A stretch of 64,000 nucleotides of DNA from Balanoglossus misakiensis (GCA_040954595.2 CM082585.2:1114218-1178217); one strand, 5' to 3'. Counted from the stretch's first letter, positions 1 through 13,670 are shown. The notes: generated from the letters alone by a model not told the origin. Translations and numbers: made by a program.

Positions 1-3000
1 TGACGCAAAGGTTGACCCCACCAAACACTCAAAATTAATGGGCAGAACACTGTCCACTATGGCCTGGTTACTGTGTGCTCTGGTTAATGTTGACGCAAAG
101 GTTGACCCCACCAAACACTCAAAATTAATGGGCAGCACACTGTCCACTATGGCCTGGTTACTGTGTGCTCTGGTTAATGTTGACGCAAAGGTTGACCCCA
201 CCAAACACTCAAAATTAATGGGCAGAACACTGTCCACTACGGCCTGGTTACTGTGTGCTCTGGTTAATGTTGACGCAAAGGTTGACCCCACCAAACACTC
301 AAAATTAATGGGCAGAACACTGTCCACTAAGGCCTGGTTACTGTGTGCTCTGGTTAATGTTGACGCAAAGGTTGACCCCACCAAACACTCAAAATTAATG
401 GGCAGAACACTGTCCACTACGGCCTGGTTACTGTGTGCTCTGGTTAATGTTGACGCAAAGGTTGACCCCACCAAACACTCAAAATTAATGGGCAGAACAC
501 TGTCCACTACGGCCTGGTTACTGTGTGCTCTGGTTAATGTTGACGCAAAGGTTGACCCCACCAAACACTCAAAATTAATGGGCAGAACACTGTCCACTAC
601 GGCCTGGTTACTGTGTGCTCTGGTTAATGTTGACACAAAGGTTGACCCCACCAAACACTCAAAATTAATGGGCAGAATACTGTCCACTATGGCCTGGTTA
701 CTGTGTGCTCTGGTTAATGTTGACGCAAAGGTTGACCCCACCAAACACTCAAAATTAATGGGCAGAACACTGTCCACTACGGCCTGGTTACTGTGTGCTC
801 TGGTTAATGTTGACGCAAAGGTTGACCCCACCAAACACTCAAAATTAATGGGCAGCACACTGTCCACTATGGCCTGGTTACTGTGTGCTCTGGTTAATGT
901 TGACGCAAAGGTTGACCCCACCAAACACTCAAAATTAATGGGCAGAACACTGTCCACTACGGCCTGGTTACTGTGTGCTCTGGTTAATGTTGACGCAAAG
1001 GTTGACCCCACCAAACACTCAAAATTAATGGGCAGAACACTGTCCACTATGGCCTGGTTACTGTGTGCTCTGGTTAATGTTGACGCAAAGGTTGACCCCA
1101 CCAAACACTCAAAATTAATGGGCAGAACACTGTCCACTACGGCCTGGTTACTGTGTGCTCTGGTTAATGTTGACGCAAAGGTTGACCCCACCAAACACTC
1201 AAAATTAATGGGCAGAACACTGTCCACTATGGCCTGGTTACTGTGTGCTCTGGTTAATGTTGACGCAAAGGTTGACCCCACCAAACACTCAAAATTAATG
1301 GGCAGCACACTGTCCACTATGGCCTGGTTACTGTGTGCTCTGGTTAATGTTGACGCAAAGGTTGACCCCACCAAACACTCAAAATTAATGGGCAGAACAC
1401 TGTCCACTACGGCCTGGTTACTGTGTGCTCTGGTTAATGTTGACGCAAAGGTTGACCCCCACCAAACACTCAAAATTTATGGGCACGATACTGGCCACTC
1501 TGGCCTAGTTAATGTTGACGCAAAGGTTGACCCCACCAAACACTCAAAATTAATGGGCACGATACTGGCCACTCTGGCCTAGTTAATGTTGACGCAAAGG
1601 TTGACCCCACCTAACACTCAAAATTAATGGGCAGAACACTGTCCACTATGGCCTGGTTACTCTGTGCTCTGGTTAATGTTGACGCAATGGTTGACCCCAC
1701 CAAACACTCAAAATTAATGGGCAGAACACTGTCCACTACGGCCTGGTTACTGTGTGCTCTGGTTAATGTTGACGCAAAGGTTGACCCCACCAAACACTCA
1801 AAATTAATGGGCAGCACACTGTCCACTATGGCCTGGTTACTGTGTGCTCTGGTTAATGTTGACGCAAAGGTTGACCCCACCAAACACTCAAAATTAATGG
1901 GCAGGATACTGTCCACTACGGCCTGGTTACTGTGTGCTCTGGTTAATGTTGACGCAAAGGTTGACCCCACCAAACACTCAAAATTAATGGGCAGAACACT
2001 GTCCACTACGGCCTGGTTAATGTGTGCTCTGGTTAATGTTGACGCAAAGGTTGACCCCACCAAACACTCAAAATTAATGGGCAGAACACTGTCCACTATG
2101 GCCTGGTTACTGTGTGCTCTGGTTAATGTTGACGCAAAGGTTGACCCCACCAAACACTCAAAATTAATGGGCAGCACACTGTCCACTATGGCCTGGTTAC
2201 TGTGTGCTCTGGTTAATGTTGACGCAAAGGTTGACCCCACCAAACACTCAAAATTAATGGGCAGAACACTGTCCACTACGGCCTGGTTACTGTGTGCTCT
2301 GGTTAATGTTGACGCAAAGGTTGACCCCACCAAACACTCAAAATTAATGGGCAGAACACTGTCCACTAAGGCCTGGTTACTGTGTGCTCTGGTTAATGTT
2401 GACGCAAAGGTTGACCCCACCAAACACTCAAAATTAATGGGCAGAACACTGTCCACTACGGCCTGGTTACTGTGTGCTCTGGTTAATGTTGACGCAAAGG
2501 TTGACCCCACCAAACACTCAAAATTAATGGGCAGAACACTGTCCACTACGGCCTGGTTACTGTGTGCTCTGGTTAATGTTGACGCAAAGGTTGACCCCAC
2601 CAAACACTCAAAATTAATGGGCAGAACACTGTCCACTACGGCCTGGTTACTGTGTGCTCTGGTTAATGTTGACACAAAGGTTGACCCCACCAAACACTCA
2701 AAATTAATGGGCAGAATACTGTCCACTATGGCCTGGTTACTGTGTGCTCTGGTTAATGTTGACGCAAAGGTTGACCCCACCAAACACTCAAAATTAATGG
2801 GCAGAACACTGTCCACTACGGCCTGGTTATTGTGTGCTCTGGTTAATGTTGACGCAAAGGTTGACCCCACCAAACACTCAAAATCAATGGGCAGCATACT
2901 GTCCACTATGGCCTGGTTACTGTGTGCTCTGGTTAATGTTGACGCAAAGGTTGACCCCACCAAACACTCAAAATCAATGGGCAGAACACTGTCCACTATG

Positions 3001-6000
3001 GCCTGGTTACTGTGTGCTCTGGTTAATGTTGACGCAAAGGTTGACCCCACCAAACACTCAAAATTAATGGGCAGCACACTGTCCACTATGGCCTGGTTAC
3101 TGTGTGCTCTGGTTAATGTTGACGCAAAGGTTGACCCCACCAAACACTCAAAATTAATGGGCAGAACACTGTCCACTACGGCCTGGTTACTGTGTGGTCT
3201 GGTTAATGTTGACGCAAAGGTTGACCCCACCAAACACTCAAAATTAATGGGCAGAACACTGTCCACTATGGCCTGGTTACTGTGTGCTCTGGTTAATGTT
3301 GACGCAAAGGTTGACCCCACCAAACACTCAAAATTAATGGGCAGAACACTGTCCACTACGGCCTGGTTACTGTGTGCTCTGGTTAATGTTGACGCAAAGG
3401 TTGACCCCACCAAACACTCAAAATTAATGGGCAGAACACTGTCCACTATGGCCTGGTTACTGTGTGCTCTGGTTAATGTTGACGCAAAGGTTGACCCCAC
3501 CAAACACTCAAAATTAATGGGCAGCACACTGTCCACTATGGCCTGGTTACTGTGTGCTCTGGTTAATGTTGACGCAAAGGTTGACCCCACCAAACACTCA
3601 AAATTAATGGGCAGCACACTGTCCACTATGGCCTGGTTACTGTGTGCTCTGGTTAATGTTGACGCAAAGGTTGACCCCACCAAACACTCAAAATTAATGG
3701 GCAGAACACTGTCCACTACGGCCTGGTTACTGTGTGCTCTGGTTAATGTTGACGCAAAGGTTGACCCCCACCACACACTCAAAATTAATGGGCACGATAC
3801 TGGCCACTCTGGCCTAGTTAATGTTGACGCAAAGGTTGACCCCACCAAACACTCAAAATTAATGGGCACGATACTGGCCACTCTGGCCTAGTTAATGTTG
3901 ACGCAAAGGTTGACCCCACCAAACACTCAAAATTAATGGGCACGATACTGGCCACTCTGGCCTAGTTAATGTTGACGGAAAGGTTGACCCCACCAAACAC
4001 TCAAAATTAATGGGCACGATACTGGCCACTCTGGCCTAGTTAATGTTGACGCAAAGGTTGACCCCACCTAACACTCAAAATTAATGGGCAGAACACTGTC
4101 CACTATGGCCTGGTTACTCTGTGCTCTGGTTAATGTTGACGCAAAGGTTGACCCCACCAAACACTCAAAATTAATGGGCAGCACACTGTCCACTATGGCC
4201 TGGTTACTGTGTGCTCTGGTTAATGTTGACGCAAAGGTTGACCACACCAAACACTCAAAATTAATGGGCAGAACACTGTCCACTACGGCCTGGTTACTGT
4301 GTGCTCTGGTTAATGTTGACGCAAAGGTTGACCCCACCAAACACTCAAAATTAATGGGCAGCACACTGTCCACTATGGCCTGGTTACTGTGTGCTCTGGT
4401 TAATGTTGACGCAAAGGTTGACCCCACCAAACACTCAAAATTAATGGGCAGGATACTGTCCACTACGGCCTGGTTACTGTGTGCTCTGGTTAATGTTGAC
4501 GCAAAGGTTGACCCCACCAAACACTCAAAATTAATGGGCAGAACACTGTCCACTACGGCCTGGTTACTGTGTGCTCTGGTTAATGTTGACGCAAAGGTTG
4601 ACCCCACCAAACACTCAAAATTAATGGGCAGAACACTGTCCACTATGGCCTGGTTACTGTGTGCTCTGGTTAATGTTGACGCAAAGGTTGACCCCACCAA
4701 ACACTCAAAATTAATGGGCAGCACACTGTCCACTATGGCCTGGTTACTGTGTGCTCTGGTTAATGTTGACGCAAAGGTTGACCCCACCAAACACTCAAAA
4801 TTAATGGGCAGAACACTGTCCACTACGGCCTGGTTACTGTGTGCTCTGGTTAATGTTGACGCAAAGGTTGACCCCACCAAACACTCAAAATTAATGGGCA
4901 GAACACTGTCCACTAAGGCCTGGTTACTGTGTGCTCTGGTTAATGTTGACGCAAAGGTTGACCCCACCAAACACTCAAAATTAATGGGCAGAACACTGTC
5001 CACTACGGCCTGGTTACTGTGTGCTCTGGTTAATGTTGACGCAAAGGTTGACCCCACCAAACACTCAAAATTAATGGGCAGAACACTGTCCACTACGGCC
5101 TGGTTACTGTGTGCTCTGGTTAATGTTGACGCAAAGGTTGACCCCACCAAACACTCAAAATTAATGGGCAGAACACTGTCCACTACGGCCTGGTTACTGT
5201 GTGCTCTGGTTAATGTTGACACAAAGGTTGACCCCACCAAACACTCAAAATTAATGGGCAGAATACTGTCCACTATGGCCTGGTTACTGTGTGCTCTGGT
5301 TAATGTTGACGCAAAGGTTGACCCCACCAAACACTCAAAATTAATGGGCAGAACACTGTCCACTACGGCCTGGTTACTGTGTGCTCTGGTTAATGTTGAC
5401 GCAAAGGTTGACCCCACCAAACACTCAAAATTAATGGGCAGCACACTGTCCACTATGGCCTGGTTACTGTGTGCTCTGGTTAATGTTGACGCAAAGGTTG
5501 ACCCCACCAAACACTCAAAATTAATGGGCAGAACACTGTCCACTATGGCCTGGTTACTGTGTGCTCTGGTTAATGTTGACGCAAAGGTTGACCCCACCAA
5601 ACACTCAAAATTAATGGGCAGAACACTGTCCACTACGGCCTGGTTACTGTGTGCTCTGGTTAATGTTGACGCAAAGGTTGACCCCACCAAACACTCAAAA
5701 TTAATGGGCAGAACACTGTCCACTATGGCCTGGTTACTGTGTGCTCTGGTTAATGTTGACGCAAAGGTTGACCCCACCAAACACTCAAAATTAATGGGCA
5801 GCACACTGTCCACTATGGCCTGGTTACTGTGTGCTCTGGTTAATGTTGACGCAAAGGTTGACCCCACCAAACACTCAAAATTAATGGGCAGAACACTGTC
5901 CACTACGGCCTGGTTACTGTGTGCTCTGGTTAATGTTGACGCAAAGGTTGACCCCCACCAAACACTCAAAATTTATGGGCACGATACTGGCCACTCTGGC

Positions 6001-9000
6001 CTAGTTAATGTTGACGCAAAGGTTGACCCCACCAAACACTCAAAATTAATGGGCACGATACTGGCCACTCTGGCCTAGTTAATGTTGACGCAAAGGTTGA
6101 CCCCACCTAACACTCAAAATTAATGGGCAGAACACTGTCCACTATGGCCTGGTTACTCTGTGCTCTGGTTAATGTTGATGCAATGGTTGACCCCACCAAA
6201 CACTCAAAATTAATGGGCAGAACACTGTCCACTACGGCCTGGTTACTGTGTGCTCTGGTTAATGTTGACGCAAAGGTTGACCCCACCAAACACTCAAAAT
6301 TAATGGGCAGCACACTGTCCACTATGGCCTGGTTACTGTGTGCTCTGGTTAATGTTGACGCAAAGGTTGACCCCACCAAACACTCAAAATTAATGGGCAG
6401 GATACTGTCCACTACGGCCTGGTTACTGTGTGCTCTGGTTAATGTTGACGCAAAGGTTGACCCCACCAAACACTCAAAATTAATGGGCAGAACACTGTCC
6501 ACTACGGCCTGGTTAATGTGTGCTCTGGTTAATGTTGACGCAAAGGTTGACCCCACCAAACACTCAAAATTAATGGGCAGAACACTGTCCACTATGGCCT
6601 GGTTACTGTGTGCTCTGGTTAATGTTGACGCAAAGGTTGACCCCACCAAACACTCAAAATTAATGGGCAGCACACTGTCCACTATGGCCTGGTTACTGTG
6701 TGCTCTGGTTAATGTTGACGCAAAGGTTGACCCCACCAAACACTCAAAATTAATGGGCAGAACACTGTCCACTACGGCCTGGTTACTGTGTGCTCTGGTT
6801 AATGTTGACGCAAAGGTTGACCCCACCAAACACTCAAAATTAATGGGCAGAACACTGTCCACTAAGGCCTGGTTACTGTGTGCTCTGGTTAATGTTGACG
6901 CAAAGGTTGACCCCACCAAACACTCAAAATTAATGGGCAGAACACTGTCCACTACGGCCTGGTTACTGTGTGCTCTGGTTAATGTTGACGCAAAGGTTGA
7001 CCCCACCAAACACTCAAAATTAATGGGCAGAACACTGTCCACTACGGCCTGGTTACTGTGTGCTCTGGTTAATGTTGACGCAAAGGTTGACCCCACCAAA
7101 CACTCAAAATTAATGGGCAGAACACTGTCCACTACGGCCTGGTTACTGTGTGCTCTGGTTAATGTTGACACAAAGGTTGACCCCACCAAACACTCAAAAT
7201 TAATGGGCAGAATACTGTCCACTATGGCCTGGTTACTGTGTGCTCTGGTTAATGTTGACGCAAAGGTTGACCCCACCAAACACTCAAAATTAATGGGCAG
7301 AACACTGTCCACTACGGCCTGGTTACTGTGTGCTCTGGTTAATGTTGACGCAAAGGTTGACCCCACCAAACACTCAAAATTAATGGGCAGAACACTGTCC
7401 ACTATGGCCTGGTTACTGTGTGCTCTGGTTAATGTTGACGCAAAGGTTGACCCCACCAAACACTCAAAATTAATGGGCAGAACACTGTCCACTACGACCT
7501 GGTTACTGTGTGCTCTGGTTAATGTTGACGCAAAGGTTGACCCCACCAAACACTCAAAATTAATGGGCAGCACACTGTCCACTACGGCCTGGTTACTGTG
7601 TGCTCTGGTTAATGTTGACGCAAAGGTTGACCCCACCAAACACTCAAAATTAATGGGCAGAACACTGTCCACTACGGCCTGGTTACTGTGTGCTCTGGTT
7701 AATGTTGACGCAAAGGTTGACCCCACCAAACACTCAAAATTAATGGGCAGAACACTGTCCACTATGGCCTGGTTACTGTGTGCTCTGGTTAATGTTGACG
7801 CAAAGGTTGACCCCACCAAACACTCAAAATTAATGGGCAGAACACTGTCCACTACGGCCTGGTTACTGTGTGCTCTGGTTAATGTTGACGCAAAGGTTGA
7901 CCCCACCAAACACTCAAAATTAATGGGCAGAACACTGTCCACTATGGCCTGGTTACTGTGTGCTCTGGTTAATGTTGACGCAAAGGTTGACCCCACCAAA
8001 CACTCAAAATTAATGGGCAGCACACTGTCCACTATGGCCTGGTTACTGTGTGCTCTGGTTAATGTTGACGCAAAGGTTGACCCCACCAAACACTCAAAAT
8101 TAATGGGCAGAACACTGTCCACTACGGCCTGGTTACTGTGTGCTCTGGTTAATGTTGACGCAAAGGTTGACCCCCACCAAACACTCAAAATTTATGGGCA
8201 CGATACTGGCCACTCTGGCCTAGTTAATGTTGACGCAAAGGTTGACCCCACCAAACATTCAAAATTAATGGGCACGATACTGGCCACTCTGGCCTAGTTA
8301 ATGTTGACGCAAAGGTTGACCCCACCAAACACTCAAAATTAATGGGCACGATACTGGCCACTCTGGCCTAGTTAATGTTGACGCAAAGGTTGACCCCACC
8401 AAACACTCAAAATTAATGGGCACGATACTGGCCACTCTGGCCTAGTTAATGTTGACGCAAAGGTTGACCCCACCAAACACTCAAAATTAATGGGCAGGAT
8501 ACTGGCCACTCTGGCCTAGTTAATGTTGACGCAAAGGTTGACCCCACCAAACACTCAAAATTAATGGGCAGAACACTGTCCACTACGGCCTGGTTACTGT
8601 GTGCTCTGGTTAATGTTGACGCAAAGGTTGACCCCACCAAACACTCAAAATTAATGGGCAGAACACTGTCCACTCGACCTGGTTACTGTGTGCTCTGGTT
8701 AATGTTGACGCAAAGGTTGACCCCACCAAACACTCAAAATTAATGGGCAGAACACTGTCCACTACGGCCTGGTTACTGTGTGCTCTGGTTAATGTTGACG
8801 CAAAGGTTGACCCCACCAAACACTCAAAATTAATGGGCAGCACACTGTCCACTATGGCCTGGTTACTGTGTGCTCTGGTTAATGTTGACGCAAAGGTTGA
8901 CCCCACCAAACACTCAAAATTAATGGGCAGAACACTGTCCACTACGGCCTGGTTACTGTGTGCTCTGGTTAATGTTGACGCAAAGGTTGACCCCACCAAA

Positions 9001-10533
9001 CACTCAAAATTAATGGGCAGAACACTGTCCACTATGGCCTGGTTACTGTGTGCTCTGGTTAATGTTGACGCAAAGGTTGACCCCACCAAACACTCAAAAT
9101 TAATGGGCAGAACACTGTCCACTACTGCCTGGTTACTGTGTGCTCTGGTTAATGTTGACGCAAAGGTTGACCCCACCAAACACTCAAAATTAATGGGCAG
9201 CACACTGTCCACTATGGCCTGGTTACTGTGTGCTCTGGTTAATGTTGACGCAAAGGTTGACCCCACCAAACACTCAAAATTAATGGGCAGAACACTGTCC
9301 ACTACGGCCTGGTTACTGTGTGCTCTGGTTAATGTTGACGCAAAGGTTGACCCCACCAAACACTCAAAATTAATGGGCAGAACACTGTCCACTATGGCCT
9401 GGTTACTGTGTGCTCTGGTTAATGTTGACGCAAAGGTTGACCCCACCAAACACTCAAAATTAATGGGCAGAACACTGTCCACTACGGCCTGGTTACTGTG
9501 TGCTCTGGTTAATGTTGACGCAAAGGTTGACCCCACCAAACACTCGAAATTAATGGGCAGAACACTGTCCACTACGGCATGGTTACTGTGTGCTCTGGTT
9601 AATGTTGACGCAAAGGTTGACCCCACCAAACACTCAAAATTAATGGGCAGAACACTGTCCACTATGGCCTGGTTACTGTGTGCTCTGGTTAATGTTGACG
9701 CAAAGGTTGACCCCACCAAACACTCAAAATTAATGGGCAGCACACTGTCCACTATGGCCTGGTTACTGTGTGCTCTGGTTAATGTTGACGCAAAGGTTGA
9801 CCCCACCAAACACTCAAAATTAATGGGCAGAACACTGTCCACTACGGCCTGGTTACTGTGTGCTCTGGTTAATGTTGACGCAAAGGTTGACCCCCACCAA
9901 ACACTCAAAATTAATGGGCACGATACTGGCCACTCTGGCCTAGTTAATGTTGACGCAAAGGTTGACCCCACCAAACACTCAAAATTAATGGGCACGATAC
10001 TGGCCACTCTGGCCTAGTTAATGTTGACGCAAAGGTTGACCCCACCAAACACTCAAAATTAATGGGCATGATACTGGCCACTCTGGCCTAGTTAATGTTG
10101 ACGCAAAGGTTGACCCCACCAAACACTCAAAATTAATGGGCACGATACTGGCCACTCTGGCCTAGTTAATGTTGACGCAAAGGTTGACCCCACCAAACAC
10201 TCAAAATTAATGGGCAGAACACTGTCCACTACGGCCTGGTTACTGTGTGCTCTGGTTAATGTTGACGCAAAGGTTGACCCCACCAAACACTCAAAATTAA
10301 TGGGCAGAACACTGTCCACTACGGCCTGGTTACTGTGTGCTCTGGTTAATGTTGACGCAAAGGTTGACCCCACCAAACACTCAAAATTAATGGGCAGCAC
10401 ACTGTCCACTATGGCCTGGTTACTGTGTGCTCTGGTTAATGTTGACGCAAAGGTTGACCCCACCAAACACTCAAAATTAATGGGCAGAACACTGTCCACT
10501 ACGGCCTGGTTACTGTGTGCTCTGGTTAATGTT
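1..10533. repeat. 90-bp tandem satellite with interspersed clusters of a 74-bp variant and ~2.0-2.5 kb higher-order periodicity
   Basis: Monomer TGACGCAAAGGTTGACCCCACCAAACACTCAAAATTAATGGGCAGAACACTGTCCACTA(C/T)GGCCTGGTTACTGTGTGCTCTGGTTAATGT repeats almost perfectly from base 1. Clusters of 74-bp units start at ~1441 (x2), 3750 (x4), 5937 (x2), 8156 (x5) and 9876 (x4). The array is open at the left edge of the window. Confidence 0.98.
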
Positions 10534-10762
10534 AATGGTAGGTCGTGGCTGTCTCATTTCAGGGATTTGTGGACTAAATGTCAATCTTTGTACTATTCGT
10601 ACATGAAACTTTTCTTTCAAATACAACTTACAGACCAACATAGACAGTCATGCTTATATAAGTATGACTATCTATTAAAGTAACATTCATATCATGATTG
10701 TTGTTTTACACTGTGTTTTCAAAGTAATTGTTGCAGTAAACCAATTGCCTTGCTTGGAAATA

Positions 10763-10877
10763 TTAAAAGGGAAGTCCTGTCCAGCTGATTTATGCATAAT
10801 TTCTACACAATGTTTTTTTCTGAAAGAATGACCTCAAAGCTACCCAATTATGTAGCTGAACCGGACTTCCCCTTTAA
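10763..10877. mobile_element. short TTAA-flanked Kolobok-like MITE
   Basis: ttaa|aagggaagtcctgtccagct...agctgaaccggacttcccct|ttaa. Purine-purine termini with TTAA; the same family ends at 14498. Confidence 0.7.
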
Positions 10878-11170
10878 ATGCTACCAGTGAGCTTGTTTGT
10901 CTTTGTAAATACACTCAAGTATTAATCCCCTTTTTCTCAGAATTCAATGCATCTTCATGCCATGAGGTGAGAGGACACTTTTGTTAGCAGGAGGGAAACA
11001 AATCCAAAATAAATAATAACAGTGCAAAGTTGGTCTGCTGACTTTTTCCACATTTCATTATTGAATTACGGCAAAATTATGAAATCCAATTATGAAATTC
11101 AGCTTTTTGTCCACTTTTTGTTGCTGCAAATTCATTGCGGTATAAAGGTCAATAATATGACAAATCTTGG

Positions 11171-11363
11171 TTAAAAGTATACAGTCACCTTCAATACACA
11201 TTCCCATATATGGCTGAATGGCGTATTTGAGCATTCTAAAGAACATATGGTGGCGCCTGTTTTCCACGTGTGCCACCAAATGAAAATCTGTGATTGGCTA
11301 GATTTCAATTTTCCATGGTAACTATATATAGCTAATTTTCCATGGGTGATCATATACCTTTAA
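11171..11363. mobile_element. TTAA-flanked Kolobok-like MITE
   Basis: TIR aagtatacagtcacc / ggtgatcatatacct with TTAA on both sides; inverted partial copy at ~26468-26606. Confidence 0.7.
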
Positions 11364-11388
11364 CTCTATAGTTTAACATGATACTTAC

Positions 11389-11574
11389 GAACACATGATT
11401 GGTTAAAAGTGTAGACATCATACATTGAGAGACCAGTTTCTCCAGGTGGCAGATAGAATCCACCTGTGCCGTTATTTGCATATAAGAGATAGCCTTCTTC
11501 ACAGGAACATTGAAAACCACCTGCAGTGTTTTTACAAAGTTGATCACAAGAATGTGAAGCACATTCATTTATAT
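11389..11574 (-). CDS. uif-like exon, calcium-binding EGF with long C5-C6 loop
   Basis: Acceptor ttctttgtag, donor gtaagt; 186 nt, phase 1 to 1; DINECASHSCDQLCKNTAGGFQCSCEEGYLLYANNGTGG...NQSCV. This frame is not in the ORF track. Confidence 0.92.
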
Positions 11575-11607
11575 CTACAAAGAAGGAACATGGATTGGAT
11601 TAAAACA

Positions 11608-11935
11608 ATGTACGTTTAGTAAAATTGAAAGTATTGTCATTTCTTTTAATCGTGAATTTTGGGATTATCTTGTGTACGTACAAGATGAATCTGTGATAAA
11701 ATAAAGGCGTCACCTTGCTTGCTTTTGAAATACAAGGCCATTAATTTAGTTGATAATAGAAGAAACCTGCTGACTCAGCATGGTTCACCAATGGTTTGTC
11801 TATGGACAAAAACCTTAAAGAAATTTATCTCAAAATAGAGCATTGTAATCACACAATTTTATTTGACCAATGAATTTATATTTACTAGACTGAGCTATGT
11901 GTAAAATTTCGTGAAAATGACAATAGTAGAAGTTT
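11608..11935. mobile_element. dispersed repeat, probably a TTAA DNA-transposon remnant; other copies at ~13025-13184 and ~30870-31230 in opposite orientation
   Basis: Shared blocks such as ttcaattatcgactaaattca, attaaaagaaatgac and ttttacacatagctc. The 13-kb copy ends tgtacatcc|ttaa. Confidence 0.6.
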
Positions 11936-12095
11936 GTTTTCTAGCAATTATCAATGTAATCCTATGAGAAAAAGACACCTGAGATTAAAAGGTCATTCCA
12001 AAAATTTATCCGGAATTCTGAAATAAGTTCGGAATGTGTTAAATGTGAAAATAGTGACTTGAAGTTATGTTGCAAGTGACTTGTTTATGTCTCAC

Positions 12096-12224
12096 CTTTG
12101 CATGCTGTTCCATTCACATCTGGTTCAAATCCCACCAAACATGCACACTGATAGTCACCATCTCTATTTTCACAGACTTGATTGATTCCACACCGTGCCA
12201 CCAATGTACTACATTCATTGATAT
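12096..12224 (-). CDS. uif-like exon, calcium-binding EGF (DINECSTLVARCGINQVCENRDGDYQCACLVGFEPDVNGTACK)
   Basis: Acceptor catttcag, donor AAG|gtgag; 129 nt, phase 1 to 1; six cysteines and a DINEC motif. Confidence 0.92.
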
Positions 12225-12700
12225 CTGAAATGTTATTCATCAAGATATGATCAAAATCCCACAGGTCCGCTGGTAAATTCAGACCAACAAGTTTAGCTGG
12301 GAACCACCAGACCAACAGGAAATTTTCACAAACAAATTTTCGCGAACTATGCAAGAGCCAAAAAAAAAGACATTTTTGCGTAAAAAACTATTTTCAGTGA
12401 TAACAATGTAGTGAAATACGAGAACATGAAAATTAATCGTCTCATAACAGTTTCTGCTTTTGATATCGCAAAAAATTTCTTTGTCGCGAAAATTTCCTGT
12501 TTTACAGTAATCAATGAAAAATAAAATTACGAAAATCATGAAATTTCTGACAGCCATAGATTTGCATGGCATGAACTGTATGTCCTATCAGCATGTAGTT
12601 TAGGTGACATTTATGATAAATAGTCAAATTACTGGAGTGATCGATTACGGTACCTCATAAGCAGACAACCACATGAAGACCAATCTTGATGTGAACTTAC

Positions 12701-12883
12701 CAATGCATGATGGTATTGCACTATTCCACTGTAAATCGGATTGACAAGTCAGGTAATCAGCACCATTTAATTCATAGCCAGCATTACAATAGAATGTGAT
12801 GTTACTGCCCATATAATATGGTCCACTATCAGGGACAGCTTGTAGATGTGGGTCTGTTATGAGTATATCACTGCAGTTCAATC
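12701..12883 (-). CDS. uif-like exon, sushi/CCP4 (LNCSD...ITFYCNAGYELNGADYLTCQSDLQWNSAIPSCI)
   Basis: Acceptor tttacttgcag, donor gtaagt; 183 nt, phase 1 to 1. Confidence 0.92.
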
Positions 12884-13193
12884 CTGCAAGTAAAAAAAAT
12901 AAAACACTATGTGGATGCAGACTTGATTGTGGTATATATATTGGGTATCTGTATTCTGTCACAACTTTAACATTTTCACCCCAAGTTCCCACTATAAAAG
13001 TCCAGATACCATTGACTCCTTTTTTTCAATTATCGACTAAATTCATGACTCTGTATTTCAAAAACAAGCGTGGTGACCCCTATATTTTATCACAAATTTT
13101 CATTATACATACATAGGATAATCCAAAAATTAACAATTAAAAGAAATGACCATATTTTCAATTTTACTGAATGTACATCCTTAAATGACTTAA

Positions 13194-13376
13194 GTTGACA
13201 GTATCCTGGATCTCCAATCCATGATCCATCTTCACCACATGTAGAGACAGTGTAGCCAGTCAGACTGTAGCCAGATGGACATGAGTAGGCAACGGTTGTT
13301 CCAAAAATCAATGAATCACCATTAACAATTTCATATGATAAGTAGTTGTCTACATTCGGTGGTGGACACTCGCGAG
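13194..13376 (-). pseudogene. uif-like exon, sushi/CCP3 (RECPPP...FGTTVAYSCPSGYSLTGYTVSTCGEDGSWIGDPGYCQ) with broken donor
   Basis: Acceptor ccaaacag; 183 nt, phase 1 to 1. The donor reads C|TTAAGT instead of C|GTAAGT. Confidence 0.85.
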
Positions 13377-13670
13377 CTGTTTGGATAAGATGAACAGATA
13401 ACATTACAAGTGTGTTAATACTAGGAAAATGGTTTAAAGGGACATGCAGTAACCCTCACAATCCTGCATATTTTCAAGTTACCAGTGTCTGGTTTAACAT
13501 TCAGTGTGTAATGTCCCAATTAGACACCCATGTGGAATGTAGCAACCAGCACAAAGTGCCCCATCATAACGCTATGGAGAGAATTTCAACTTGAGTCAGT
13601 GATTTTTATGAAAACATGACAGTGAACACCCTGTGTTATACTTTGTTTTCAAAACGACTCATCACACACT

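Noticed and set aside
1-10533. Possible CRISPR-like repeat-spacer array
   Set aside because: No unique spacers, no cas genes, and the context is eukaryotic with spliceosomal introns.
38-10683. Long ORFs (up to 756 aa) on both strands of the 90-bp array
   Set aside because: The monomer length is a multiple of 3 and lacks stops in those frames by chance. ORFs break at every 74-bp cluster, synonymous divergence is nearly absent, and no domain is recognisable.
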